Of a DNA stretch of 64,000 nucleotides, positions 42,081-51,824 are shown in pieces (positions within the stretch are counted from its first letter, which is position 1; every line of letters starts with the position of its first letter). The stretch spans positions 85,018-149,017 of the forward strand of contig CAMARR010000005.1 in the NCBI GenBank assembly GCA_945860915.1. The letters are read 5' to 3'. Source of the stretch: Candidatus Kuenenia stuttgartensis. GTDB lineage: Bacteria > Planctomycetota > GCA-002687715 > CAIWVZ01. The translations under genes were made by a program, and so were the position numbers. The notes under the pieces are model-generated. The model made no database searches and was not told where the DNA came from. It worked only from the letters and a program-made list of their open reading frames with translations.

Positions 42081-43892
42081 ATGACAGATCAGAACCGCCC
42101 TCGGATCAACCCCAAGCCGCAACAACCCCAAGACGACGCATTCGCGCCTTCAGACGCGCCAACATCCGCGCAGAAAGGGCGGTCCACCGCGCGCCCGGTT
42201 ACGACCGTCGCGCGGGCTCCTCGCATCGAAGCGAAGAAGCCGCCTATGGCATTGTTTGTTGGTGGCGGAATCGCCGTTGTGGCAATCATCGCATTCGTGA
42301 TGACTCGGGGCGGCAACGAGCCGAAGACGGTCGACGACTCGACGACCACGCCCGATTCGGCAGCGGTGAAAACACCCGATGCTCCTAAGGCTCCAACCTT
42401 TGATGCAAAAGCCCGGATCGCCGAGCTAAAGAAGGCCGGATCCACTACGTCGGCATCATCACTCGTCGCCCTCGCGAAGTCCTTGGCCTCAGAAGCGACG
42501 ACGTGGAAGGACAAGTCGGCGCCGACTGAAGCCGTGAATGAACTCCGAACGGCTGAGGCCGACATCTACGATGACGTCATCAAACTCGACAAGGACAATG
42601 CAGAGGCTCGCGCCTACCGCGGTGAAGTCAAGTATGCGAATGAACTTGAGGAACTGACCAGCGCTCGCTTTATCGTAAGCAGCGAACGCGAAGCGATCCG
42701 CAAGACCCACCTCGGGCTGCTGGAACAGGCCGGCAAGACAGGTGGCTACGTCCGCAAAGGCGACTTCGAGCGCAAGGTCGCGCCCGTCATCGAGAAGCAC
42801 GCCAAGGAGAAGGCCGCCTTCGACCAGATCGAAAAGTCGGCTTTTGGCAAAGCTCTCAAGGATATCGAAGCCAAGACTCAGTCAGATCTGACCAAGGCCT
42901 TCGAAGGCAAGGTCACATTCTTAGCGACCATTCAGCGCCCCTATGTGATTTTCGTCGAAGAAACACCCTCATGGGAGGCGCTCAACGTAGGGAAATCGGT
43001 GGCCGATCCACTCTTGCAGCTCAATCGCATGTTCATGGATGAGTACGCCAAGTCCTGCGAGCTCAAGGAAATCGACGACCCGATTCCGGTTGTCTACTTT
43101 GAGTCCGACACCAAGTACCGGACTTACAACAAGGCGACAGGCGGACCTCAAACACCGGGAGTCCTCGCCCACTTCGAACATGAGTCCGGCCGTCTCGTGG
43201 TCCATCGCCAGTGCGATTTCACAACAATCATGCACGAGGGCACGCACCAGCTCTTCGCCAAGCACACGCGATCCGCGCCATCCTTCATCCGACGTTCGTA
43301 CTGGTTCCAAGAAGGTGTTGCCGAGTGGTTCGGCGGCTCTTCGCAAAAAGTCGACTCGCAAGGCAATTTCACTTATCAGGTGGGGCTGCTTCAAGTCGGC
43401 CGCCTCGAGGGCATGCGTTCAATTCCGGAAGCCGACTACTTCTCGGTGAGCGAACTCGTCCAACGCACGTATGGCGACCGCATGCTGTTCGAGTCTATGG
43501 GCGGCAAGGGACAGACCAAGATTCAACTCATCTATGCGCAGGGATGGTTGCTCATCTACTTCCTGAATCACTTCAATGCGGACAAAGACGGATACGTCGT
43601 CTTTGGCAAGCCTGGCAAGTACTCCGATGGCTGGAAGAAATACCTCAAGGCCGAACTCGATGGAAAAACTGGCAAGAAGCCGTTCATGGAGGCGTTCGGC
43701 GTCGACGACGACGGCATGAAGAAGATGAACGAAGAGTTTCAGGCCTACTACGACTTCATCATGCGCAAGCTTCAGCTCGACCAGGTGAAGGACAAGCAGC
43801 TCATCTCTTGGGACTCCTACGTCAATAGAGTTGGCGAGAAGACCGGAGAAAAGTCCGACGACTTGTTGGTCCAGCCGAAAAAAGGCAAGTAA
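42081..43892 (+). CDS. Membrane-anchored hypothetical protein with HExxH motif (putative zinc metallopeptidase)
   Basis: 603 aa. Low-complexity N-terminus, one TM (MALFVGGGIAVVAIIAFVM), a helical/charged region, then TIMHEGTHQLF (HExxH). From memory it resembles DUF1570/MA-clan planctomycetal proteins; this is unverified. Confidence 0.6.
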   Translation: MTDQNRPRINPKPQQPQDDAFAPSDAPTSAQKGRSTARPVTTVARAPRIEAKKPPMALFVGGGIAVVAIIAFVMTRGGNEPKTVDDSTTTPDSAAVKTPDAPKAPTFDAKARIAELKKAGSTTSASSLVALAKSLASEATTWKDKSAPTEAVNELRTAEADIYDDVIKLDKDNAEARAYRGEVKYANELEELTSARFIVSSEREAIRKTHLGLLEQAGKTGGYVRKGDFERKVAPVIEKHAKEKAAFDQIEKSAFGKALKDIEAKTQSDLTKAFEGKVTFLATIQRPYVIFVEETPSWEALNVGKSVADPLLQLNRMFMDEYAKSCELKEIDDPIPVVYFESDTKYRTYNKATGGPQTPGVLAHFEHESGRLVVHRQCDFTTIMHEGTHQLFAKHTRSAPSFIRRSYWFQEGVAEWFGGSSQKVDSQGNFTYQVGLLQVGRLEGMRSIPEADYFSVSELVQRTYGDRMLFESMGGKGQTKIQLIYAQGWLLIYFLNHFNADKDGYVVFGKPGKYSDGWKKYLKAELDGKTGKKPFMEAFGVDDDGMKKMNEEFQAYYDFIMRKLQLDQVKDKQLISWDSYVNRVGEKTGEKSDDLLVQPKKGK

Positions 43893-43911
43893 CCTCCTTC
43901 GCCTTTCCAGA

Positions 43912-43955
43912 GGCTGCCGGCGCGTATCCTCGCATCGGCAGCCATTCGCTTTTTA
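43912..43955. terminator. Hairpin between convergent genes (candidate bidirectional terminator)
   Basis: ggctgccg (43912-43919) pairs with cggcagcc (43936-43943) across a 16-nt loop, followed by attcgcttttta. Confidence 0.4.
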
Positions 43956-43961
43956 CGGCAA

Positions 43962-45047
43962 TCAACCGCCAGCGGCGTCGAGAAGCGTGCGACCAAGTTG
44001 CCCGCAGCCTGCGAACTGATCCTTGCCACCTGAATAACGCACCTTGACCGGAAAGCCGAGCCCCCTGAGCCTTCCTGTGAAATCACGCGCCTCTTCCATC
44101 GTCGGCGGCACTAGGTCGTTGCCGATCGGATTGAGCGGGATCACATTCAGAATCAGGTTGAATCCAGTGAGGTGGGTCCTCATGGCTTCGATATCGTCGT
44201 CGCCCATAGTCAGATTTTTGATGGCGACGTACTCAAGTGTGACGTGCTTACCACGACGATGCCGCTCGTAGCGCTTCACTGCATCTAGGAACGCATCGAA
44301 TCCGAACCGCTCCTGAATCGGCATCAGTTTCAGACGCTTCTCAGGAACGACGGCGCCGAGCGAAAAGACCAGCTTCCATGGGTGGTTTGCCTCGATGAAA
44401 CGGTGAATCGCGGGCACAACACCTGAAGTCGAGATGACAATACGCTTACGCGAGATCTGGAGACCGGGCGTCGCCATCATGATGGTCGCGGCTTGATACA
44501 CCGCATCTTCATTGAGGAGAGGCTCTCCCATTCCCATGAAGACGATGTCCGAGACCCGAATGCCGGCATCGCGACCGACAGCCACCACCTGATCTACGAT
44601 CTCCCAAGCTTCGAGGTTCCGCTTAAGGCCCATGAGCCCGGTCGCGCAAAACCGACATGCGAGCGGACAACCGGCCTGCGAGGACACGCACACTGTCCAA
44701 AGGCCGTGGTGGTGCAGAAGGACTGATTCGACGATGTTCCCATCTGCGAGGCGAAATGCGTACTTGGCGCTTTTGTCCCACGATCGATTGACAGAGACCA
44801 TTTCGAGACTACCGGTAGAGAAGAGTCGCTCGGCCGTGGCGCGCCTATCCGGCGCGATGCCCGGGATGTCCGCAATCGCACGGTGTCCGTCCTGCAGAAT
44901 GCCTCGGTAGATGCGCGAGGCCAAGGTAACGCCCGCATCCTCCCCTCCCAAAAGGGCGATGCGCGATGCGACCTCGTCGAATGTGAGGCCTTTGATGTTG
45001 GGAGGAATATCCACGGCGGCCACCATGCTAGGAACTTGGGCGACCAC
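43962..45047 (-). CDS. rlmN: 23S rRNA/tRNA adenine-C2 methyltransferase RlmN (radical SAM)
   Basis: 361 aa. CVSSQAGCPLACRFCATG radical-SAM cluster and ...VFMGMGEPLLN... An alternative ATG at 45026 would avoid the overlap with rodA. Confidence 0.92.
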   Translation of the reverse strand: MVAQVPSMVAAVDIPPNIKGLTFDEVASRIALLGGEDAGVTLASRIYRGILQDGHRAIADIPGIAPDRRATAERLFSTGSLEMVSVNRSWDKSAKYAFRLADGNIVESVLLHHHGLWTVCVSSQAGCPLACRFCATGLMGLKRNLEAWEIVDQVVAVGRDAGIRVSDIVFMGMGEPLLNEDAVYQAATIMMATPGLQISRKRIVISTSGVVPAIHRFIEANHPWKLVFSLGAVVPEKRLKLMPIQERFGFDAFLDAVKRYERHRRGKHVTLEYVAIKNLTMGDDDIEAMRTHLTGFNLILNVIPLNPIGNDLVPPTMEEARDFTGRLRGLGFPVKVRYSGGKDQFAGCGQLGRTLLDAAGG

Positions 45048-46200
45048 GTTCTACTGACGGTCGATTCAACGGGATGATCTGGTGCACAGAAACACTGAGA
45101 ACGAGACCAACCGCCATCATCATGCTGACGAGGGCTGATCCCCCGCTCGACAGAAATGGCAACGCAATGCCGGTGGTCGGCACCATTCCGATGGCAACCC
45201 CCGCATTGACAAGGGCCTGCGCAGCAATCAGAGTCCCGACTCCTGTGCAGATAATGCGCCCAGCTGGATCCCGACAAACGAATCCGACTCGATAACATGC
45301 CAAAACGAGAAGCAGGACACCCAACAGCAGAAGGCCTGCCCCAACGAACCCATGTTCCTCAGCGATCGTGGCAAAAATGAAGTCGTTGTATGCATGGGGC
45401 ATAGTCCCGGACTGAGTAACCAAGCCGAGGCGAAACCCCTGACCGGAAACTCCGCCACCTTCGATCGCACGCAATGATTGAAGTAATTGGAATCCCTCAC
45501 GCGCCTGCTCGTAGTCTGCGAGGTTTTCCCGAAAGAAGGTACTAATGACTCGCTCGCGCTGGTAAGGGTGCAGAAGAAATCGGAATGCAGCCCAAGCAAT
45601 CCCGGCCCCCGTCACCGCCATGGCGACGATGGCGCGCAACGGGAGGCCTCCAACGAACAGAACAGCCAGCGCAATTGGCACGTACATCAGCGCTGTGCCC
45701 AAATCCGGCTGACGGGCCACAAGAAAAAACGGCACAAGGGCTAGCGCAAGAAGAGGCAACCAATCCCGTACTCGCTTAAGCGGATCCCCGCGTTTGAAAC
45801 ACGCCGCGAGCATCAGGATGAGTCCTGTCTTCATGGGCTCCGAAGGTTGGAACTGGAAGAACCCAAGCATCAACCATCGTCGCGATCCGTTCACCGTCGT
45901 TCCCACGGTGGCGACTCCGATCAACAGCAGCAGAAGTCCAATGTACGCGGCAGGTCCCAATTGAATCCATCTCGAGTAGGGAACCAGCGCGACGACGACC
46001 ATGCCGATGCAGCCGTAAACAAAGAACCGGGACTGAATCTCGGCCAACGGACGTTCAGATGGAATCGACGCCGATTGAATCAGGACGATCCCGACCGCAA
46101 CAAGCGACAACGTCAAGACGAGAACTGCGGGATCAAATCGAGCAAACTTCGCGAGCCAAGGTCGGAAGTTCACGGTCGCCCCCCGAGGACGTCGTAACAC
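45028..46200 (-). CDS. rodA: SEDS-family peptidoglycan glycosyltransferase RodA
   Basis: 390 aa, ~10 TM, FtsW/RodA blocks (...QPSEPMK..., ...PDLGTAL..., ...HAYNDFIFA...). Downstream of mrdA. An alternative GTG at 46173 forms a GTGA overlap with the mrdA stop. Confidence 0.9.
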   Translation of the reverse strand: MLRRPRGATVNFRPWLAKFARFDPAVLVLTLSLVAVGIVLIQSASIPSERPLAEIQSRFFVYGCIGMVVVALVPYSRWIQLGPAAYIGLLLLLIGVATVGTTVNGSRRWLMLGFFQFQPSEPMKTGLILMLAACFKRGDPLKRVRDWLPLLALALVPFFLVARQPDLGTALMYVPIALAVLFVGGLPLRAIVAMAVTGAGIAWAAFRFLLHPYQRERVISTFFRENLADYEQAREGFQLLQSLRAIEGGGVSGQGFRLGLVTQSGTMPHAYNDFIFATIAEEHGFVGAGLLLLGVLLLVLACYRVGFVCRDPAGRIICTGVGTLIAAQALVNAGVAIGMVPTTGIALPFLSSGGSALVSMMMAVGLVLSVSVHQIIPLNRPSVERGRPSS

Positions 46201-48761
46201 GCATTAATGACCTGAATCGCTACGGGGGAACAGTCTGCGCCGTCTCCTTGGTAACGATCGAACATCACCGCAAAGGCATACTTGGGGCGATCATGGGGCG
46301 CGTATCCAACTAGCCACGACGCGTAGAGCGGATTCTCGCCCGAACTCAACTGTGCAGTCCCTGTCTTTCCGGCGACGTGAAGTGGCGTCAACTTTGATCG
46401 ATACTGCTTGCCCGCCGTGCCGCTCGACGTCTCACAGACACGGCGCATGCCCTCGCGCACAATAACGAGATTGGATTCGCTGGCGAACGGTTTGCCGAGG
46501 GCGATGTGGCCTTCCGTCTTCGCAAACCACGGGTGTACGACGCGACCGGACGCGAGCGAGGCCGCAATGCCAGCCACGCGAATCGGAGCAAAGGTCAGAC
46601 TCCCTTGCCCAATCGCATCGTTGCGGGGGTCGTCGGGACGTCGCTTGAGGAGCCGCTCGAACGCAGCACCCTCAGAATTTCCAATAAGCCCGGGCACCGC
46701 GTCGAAGAGGCCCATCTGTCGATAAAAAGCAACCAGCATCGCCGTCGATGCATCCTTCGTTGGCGACAACTTCAGCGCAGCTTCGTAGCAATAGTGATTG
46801 CAGGACTTTTCGATGGCACCCCACAGATCAAGCGGTCCGTGATGGTGACACCCAAAGCTTGAGCGCGGTCCAAGCTGGCAATCGAGAACATCTTCCGGCC
46901 TTGCGCCGCCTCGCTCCAACGCGAGCAGAAGCGTTAACACCTTGAATACCGAGCCGGGAGGGGTCTGGCCGGCGGAGGCCACTGCCCTATGCATGGCCGA
47001 GCTCGCGAGTATCTGTTCTCGCAACGCACGAGCCTCGGTCCTCATTTCGCGGTCACCATGGCGGGCTGCGGCGCGCGCCATGGAGAGTCTTCCCTCAAGC
47101 GATGCGAGTGCTGCCAGTTCGTCCACGGGGTCGTCGCCGCGAGGAGCGGGCGAGGTCGTCGCTGCAAGGATGCCTCCCGTTGCGATATCGACGACCGCGA
47201 TGGCGCCGGGCCGAGGAAGGAGCCTCTCGATCTTGGTCTGAAGCGGAAGAGAAAGTGACAAGGTCACGTCGGACCCATGACTCACGGGACGTGCCACTTC
47301 GGCGCTTCCTTTGTGGTGAATCAAAATCGACCCCGGCGCGCCGGTGAGCATGTCGTTCGCGAATGTCTCGACCCCGCGACCAACCGGCGATCCCGATTCT
47401 GTCACAGCCCCAAGAAGCAGCATGAGGGAGTCGCCCTTCGCTGCCCGTGTGTGGTCTCGCAGAAACTCTGGCTCTACCCGGAACCCCAATGACCTGAGTC
47501 CGACGGGGCCCTCGATGAGATCGGCGAGGCCGAAATCCGGCGCGCGCCCGATGCGATGCGTGCGATCATTGCGAAGATCACCGACCGTTTGCTGCCGCTT
47601 GCGCGCGTCCTGATAAGCATCCCGTCGCGCTGTCTCGAAATCAGACTTACTCCGAATCGCCGAACAAAACGCCCCAATTGCAGCTGCAGGCATGGGGTCG
47701 ACCAATTTCCATTCCGATGCAACCTCCAATGCGCTGACTTCATCGGACTCCTCGAGTTCGACCCCTGGGGCGAGTGCCCCATCATCGTCGGTGGAATCTG
47801 GAAGGATCCCCTGAAGAATGGCTGTTGTGTGCGCAACAGCTTTCCCCGCGGCGGCCGTCCGAGCGAATCCTGGCATTGCCGTGTGGACAAATGCCGCATA
47901 GGCCTCAGTTCCCATCGCTTTCGCTGACGGCGTGCGATGCCCCAACTCTTGTAGACAGATAGCATCATTCAATCGAGAGTCGAGTGCCAAACCTACGACT
48001 GTCTGCCACTGCGCATCGCATCGAGCCGTGATTCGATCCCGGAGCCCATGCGCATCAACGAGGCCCAACGCGGCGGCGAGTCGGTCAAGTAGCCGCTCCT
48101 CTGCATGGAGATCCTCGGCTAACGCCGCCGGTGTTAATTCTAATGCTTCCCCCAGCGTGGGCGAGACGAGGAGTCGTCTTCGCGTTGCCTTTGTTGTAAG
48201 AGGGCGACCCCGAGGCACAATCGACGTCGCAGCATCGACGATACGCGCTCGCCCGTCTGCCGTCGTGAGTATGAGCGTTCCCTCTGGTTCTACGAGGCAC
48301 TCCATTGGTCCGGCCAGTGTGGCGGTCGAGACCGCCGGCTCGAGCCGAAGTACGTCGAGCCGTAATGCAAGTACAGCTTGCGCCGCGCGGTAGGGGTCGC
48401 GGAGGGCCTCGTCGAGACATCGCTTGCGCCAGGCGGCCCCTTCAGCACGACCAGGCGCATACGAGTCGAGCAACACTCTCAGATCCGCGATGCAGTCAGC
48501 AATCGAATGCTCTCGAAAACGAGAGGGCACGACGCCTATCATCACCGCGTCACGTGACGCACGAAGCACACGGCCGTCGCGATCGAAGATCGCGCCCCGA
48601 ATCGCAGGAACCGAAGCTTTCTCTGACTGGAGTCGACCAATATCAGTCCGCACTCGATCTGGATCACCCTGTACCAGCTGGACATGAAACAACCTCGCAG
48701 TCAGCGCAATGAATGCGATGACGACTAGCGTTGCAAGGATTCCAAGTCGAGATGAGGACAC
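46170..48761 (-). CDS. mrdA: Penicillin-binding protein 2 (class B transpeptidase) with large N-terminal-module insertion
   Basis: 863 aa. TM anchor, RGAIFDRDGRVL (aa ~55) and GRGVETFANDMLTG (aa ~461). Transpeptidase motifs SVFK (SxxK), SCN (SxN) and KTGTA (KTG). mreBCD-mrdA-rodA context. Confidence 0.9.
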   Translation of the reverse strand: MSSSRLGILATLVVIAFIALTARLFHVQLVQGDPDRVRTDIGRLQSEKASVPAIRGAIFDRDGRVLRASRDAVMIGVVPSRFREHSIADCIADLRVLLDSYAPGRAEGAAWRKRCLDEALRDPYRAAQAVLALRLDVLRLEPAVSTATLAGPMECLVEPEGTLILTTADGRARIVDAATSIVPRGRPLTTKATRRRLLVSPTLGEALELTPAALAEDLHAEERLLDRLAAALGLVDAHGLRDRITARCDAQWQTVVGLALDSRLNDAICLQELGHRTPSAKAMGTEAYAAFVHTAMPGFARTAAAGKAVAHTTAILQGILPDSTDDDGALAPGVELEESDEVSALEVASEWKLVDPMPAAAIGAFCSAIRSKSDFETARRDAYQDARKRQQTVGDLRNDRTHRIGRAPDFGLADLIEGPVGLRSLGFRVEPEFLRDHTRAAKGDSLMLLLGAVTESGSPVGRGVETFANDMLTGAPGSILIHHKGSAEVARPVSHGSDVTLSLSLPLQTKIERLLPRPGAIAVVDIATGGILAATTSPAPRGDDPVDELAALASLEGRLSMARAAARHGDREMRTEARALREQILASSAMHRAVASAGQTPPGSVFKVLTLLLALERGGARPEDVLDCQLGPRSSFGCHHHGPLDLWGAIEKSCNHYCYEAALKLSPTKDASTAMLVAFYRQMGLFDAVPGLIGNSEGAAFERLLKRRPDDPRNDAIGQGSLTFAPIRVAGIAASLASGRVVHPWFAKTEGHIALGKPFASESNLVIVREGMRRVCETSSGTAGKQYRSKLTPLHVAGKTGTAQLSSGENPLYASWLVGYAPHDRPKYAFAVMFDRYQGDGADCSPVAIQVINACYDVLGGRP

Positions 48762-48794
48762 GTAGGACTCGTGCGGACCCGTGAATCTAACGTC

Positions 48795-49244
48795 TTACGC
48801 GCGCGACATGGATTCTCGAAAGGAACCTTGGCGCGAAGCTAGAAGGGAAAGGAGTCCGGTAAGGACGGACGTGGAAAGCACGGTGCCCCAAACCGGAGTC
48901 GCCGGTGCGCCCATGACCCTCAGTGCCCCTTCACCGAGCAACGTGGCCGGGATGGTCATCAACGCGGTCGAAACCGGGCCGCGTCCGGGAATGACGCTTC
49001 GGATGCCATACGCGAACCACGCTTCGACGAGCCCCGCCATAGGCAATGACAACCACGAGGTGCCGAGCGTGAGTCCTTCAACAAGACCGGTCAGTATCGA
49101 AACCCGCACAACGCGGAGGTGCGGGTCGAATCGTGAGGCGAGGACCACCGTGGCAAACGTCACGTCAGGTACGAATGGGACGCCGGCTAGTCGGAGCCAG
49201 ACGGCGATGACGGCGAGTGGCATTCCAAGGATTGCGAGAGTCAT
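48795..49244 (-). CDS. mreD: Rod shape-determining protein MreD
   Basis: Small polytopic membrane protein between mreC and mrdA. The ATG at 49244 forms an ATGA overlap with the mreC stop. The ORF track extends it to 49277. The call rests mainly on position and hydrophobicity. Confidence 0.7.
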   Translation of the reverse strand: MTLAILGMPLAVIAVWLRLAGVPFVPDVTFATVVLASRFDPHLRVVRVSILTGLVEGLTLGTSWLSLPMAGLVEAWFAYGIRSVIPGRGPVSTALMTIPATLLGEGALRVMGAPATPVWGTVLSTSVLTGLLSLLASRQGSFRESMSRA

Positions 49245-50440
49245 CCGCGCCTTCCATCTGGATGCAGTTTCCTCCACGCCGGGATCTCGAGAAAGATCGG
49301 GATGACGGCATGTCGAGGGATGTGGGGTTGGGCGATCAATCGCCAGCGCCCCCCTTCTGGAACGAGTCTTCCGACCGCGAGCCCCTGCGGGATGAGCGCC
49401 TGCCCGCCCGCAGTCGAAGCCTGCATTGGGAAGCCGGGTGCCTGCCCAGCAATGACAGTCAGGTCATAGAGCCCGTCGAGCGTCGCGGTCAGCGTGCCGC
49501 TGCCGGTTTGACCCAGCTCGTCAACCCACCGCACGATCACCTCATGTCCAATGTCTGTAACAAGGGAAACACGTGCTGCAGAGTCGGATGTTTCAATGAT
49601 CCGTCCTAGGAAACGCCCGCCGTGTGTCAACGCAAGCCCAGGACAAGCATCGCGAAGGCCAGACCCACGCACGAGTGCTTCGCCCACCCGCGTGAGTGGA
49701 TAGGCGGAGATCGTGACGGCCTCATCGTGAAAGAGGGCCGACTGAGACTTCAGTTGTTGCCGTACAACGACCTGGCCGACCGCCGTCGGATCTGCTGCGA
49801 GCTTCACGCTCGGCACCGGGCCCGCCACGCTGATGTGGCCGACAAGGAGCCTCTCCGGAACTCGGCTGCCTTCCCCACCAACCGTGACCAAGGCATCGCC
49901 CACAACGAAGGCCTCAGGCATCGGCGATTTAACGAGACGCGGAGGATTCGCCCCCTTCAAGAGACCAATTCGACGAACGATGGCGCCCGACGACGCAGGT
50001 CGGGAGTCAGCCGCGATAACCGCAACCGACGCTTCGTCATCCGTGAGCAGTTGAACGCGAGCCACATGCAACTCAACTCGGTCGACGAATCCCACGAGCG
50101 CGTCCGCGAAAGTGACTGCTTCGCCGAGCTCGATCCCGGATTCGGATCCCGCGCCGATCACCAATGTCCCGAACTTCAAACGGACATCGAGAACTGGAAC
50201 CCATGTCGATCCCGATGGGACGGCGGGAGCGATCAGTGCGGAGTCCACTCCCCCGGCAGGTGCTGCCTTATCCCGAGGAGCGAGCCACGCCTCAACAGGC
50301 GCGACAGTCCAACCAAGGACCGCCAATCGGTTTGATGCGACGAATTGGGGGGCGACATACATGACCACGCCCAACACGACGAGGGCCACTCCGACCCGCG
50401 CTGAAACACCCATGGGGCGACGAGTGCCCCTCGCGGTCAT
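49241..50440 (-). CDS. mreC: Rod shape-determining protein MreC
   Basis: 399 aa. N-terminal TM, then two beta-rich segments with MreC-like ...GDALVTVGGEG..P..LLVG... blocks. 4-nt overlap with the mreB stop. Confidence 0.82.
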   Translation of the reverse strand: MTARGTRRPMGVSARVGVALVVLGVVMYVAPQFVASNRLAVLGWTVAPVEAWLAPRDKAAPAGGVDSALIAPAVPSGSTWVPVLDVRLKFGTLVIGAGSESGIELGEAVTFADALVGFVDRVELHVARVQLLTDDEASVAVIAADSRPASSGAIVRRIGLLKGANPPRLVKSPMPEAFVVGDALVTVGGEGSRVPERLLVGHISVAGPVPSVKLAADPTAVGQVVVRQQLKSQSALFHDEAVTISAYPLTRVGEALVRGSGLRDACPGLALTHGGRFLGRIIETSDSAARVSLVTDIGHEVIVRWVDELGQTGSGTLTATLDGLYDLTVIAGQAPGFPMQASTAGGQALIPQGLAVGRLVPEGGRWRLIAQPHIPRHAVIPIFLEIPAWRKLHPDGRRG

Positions 50441-51495
50441 GGCTCCTCGGCGGTATCGAGAATCTGCTTGAGCATCTCTAGGTTGTCGAGGACATAGGCC
50501 GTTCCGCGCGCAACCGCCGTGAGGGGGTCTTCTGCGACGTAAACCGGCAATCCCACCGCGTCAGAAATGCGCTTGTCGATCCCGCGAAGAAGCGAGCCGC
50601 CACCGCACATATTGATGCCCTTTTCGACCAAGTCCGCGGCGAGTTCGGGCTTCGCCGCCTGCAAAGTGGCCTTTACGATGCCGACGATTTCGCTCACCGG
50701 CTTATCAAGCGCTTCGCGAACCTGAATGCTGGTGATCGTTGCAGCGCGCGGGAGCCCCGACTTGAGGTCCTGTCCGCGGACCGTCATTTCGAGTTCCTTC
50801 TCGAGTGGCCAAGCAGAACCGATTTCGAGTTTGATCTTCTCGGCCATGAGCGGACCGATCTGCAGGCCGAAGTTGGCCTTGACGTAAGCCACGATGGACT
50901 CGTCAAGTTCATCGCCCGCGACGCGTAGACTTTTCTTGACATCGATTCCGGCGAGTGCCAAGACCGCAACTTCGGTCGTGCCGCCGCCGATATCAACGAT
51001 CATGTTGGCCGACGCGCCCGCAACGGGGAGTCCGATACCGATCGCACCTGCCATCGGCTCTTCGATCAAGTAGACCTTGCGTGCGCCGGCACGTTCCGCC
51101 GAACCTACGACGGCTTGCTTCTCGACCGGAGTAATGCCCGATGGAACCGCAATAACCACGCGTGGGTTGGCAAGGAACTTCCTATTGCCTTGCACCTTTT
51201 GAATGAAGTAGCGGAGCATCGCCTCACAGATTTCAAAATCTGCGATGACTCCATCTTTCATGGGGCGGATGGCTTCGATGCCGGCGGGAGTTCGCCCAAG
51301 CATTTCCTTCGCCCGAACGCCGACCGCCTGGCCATCAAGCAGCACGCGATTCGTTCCGCGGTGCACAGCGACCACCGAAGGTTCGGAGAGGATGACGCCC
51401 TTACCTGGCACGCAAACCAAGGTGTTGGCGGTGCCGAGGTCGATTCCCATGTCCACGGCGAATAGGCCGACCATCCTGTCGAGCAACCAAAACAT
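50437..51495 (-). CDS. mreB: Actin-like rod shape-determining protein MreB
   Basis: 352 aa. VDMGIDLGTANTLV, ...EPMAGAIGIGLP... and ...VDIGGGTTEVAV... are actin-fold phosphate/adenosine motifs. Confidence 0.97.
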   Translation of the reverse strand: MFWLLDRMVGLFAVDMGIDLGTANTLVCVPGKGVILSEPSVVAVHRGTNRVLLDGQAVGVRAKEMLGRTPAGIEAIRPMKDGVIADFEICEAMLRYFIQKVQGNRKFLANPRVVIAVPSGITPVEKQAVVGSAERAGARKVYLIEEPMAGAIGIGLPVAGASANMIVDIGGGTTEVAVLALAGIDVKKSLRVAGDELDESIVAYVKANFGLQIGPLMAEKIKLEIGSAWPLEKELEMTVRGQDLKSGLPRAATITSIQVREALDKPVSEIVGIVKATLQAAKPELAADLVEKGINMCGGGSLLRGIDKRISDAVGLPVYVAEDPLTAVARGTAYVLDNLEMLKQILDTAEEP

Positions 51496-51580
51496 CGTTT
51501 TCCCCCGGTAGCCGCGTACTCAGGCACCGTTCATGCCGCAATCGCGGCTCCGCACTCTAACCCGCTTCCCCCCTAAACGC

Positions 51581-51644
51581 GACAACCCGGGGAAACCCGG
51601 GTTGTCGAGAGAAGCGGAGGCCCGCACCCCTTCTGGGGTACGGG
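51581..51644 (-). terminator. Two tandem GC-rich hairpins after the 51-aa ORF
   Basis: On the minus strand, cccguacccc-agaa-ggggugcggg (51644-51621, 10 bp with one G-U) begins 7 nt after the stop. A perfect 10-bp stem gacaacccgg/ccgggttgtc lies at 51581-51606. There are no clean U-tracts, so termination efficiency is unknown. Confidence 0.4.
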
Positions 51645-51651
51645 AGGGATC

Positions 51652-51807
51652 TCACTTCATCATGCCCATACCAAACCACTGTCCGAGCGCCTTCTGGCCA
51701 ACGAAAATTGAGGCCGCGAGAAGCACGGTGGTGATGATCACCAGAATGGTGGTCATGCCCTTGGCGTTGTCAATCGGGGCGGGACCTGCGTCGTTGTCTT
51801 CAGCCAT
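51652..51807 (-). CDS. Small (51 aa) single-TM membrane protein, absent from the ORF track
   Basis: Hand translation gives MAEDNDAGPAPIDNAKGMTTILVIITTVLLAASIFVGQKALGQWFGMGMMK*. GGAAGGAG lies 5 nt upstream of the ATG, and only 17 nt separate it from the stop of the upstream coiled-coil gene. Confidence 0.7.
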   Translation of the reverse strand: MAEDNDAGPAPIDNAKGMTTILVIITTVLLAASIFVGQKALGQWFGMGMMK

Positions 51808-51824
51808 GGTAACTCCTTCCGGAC

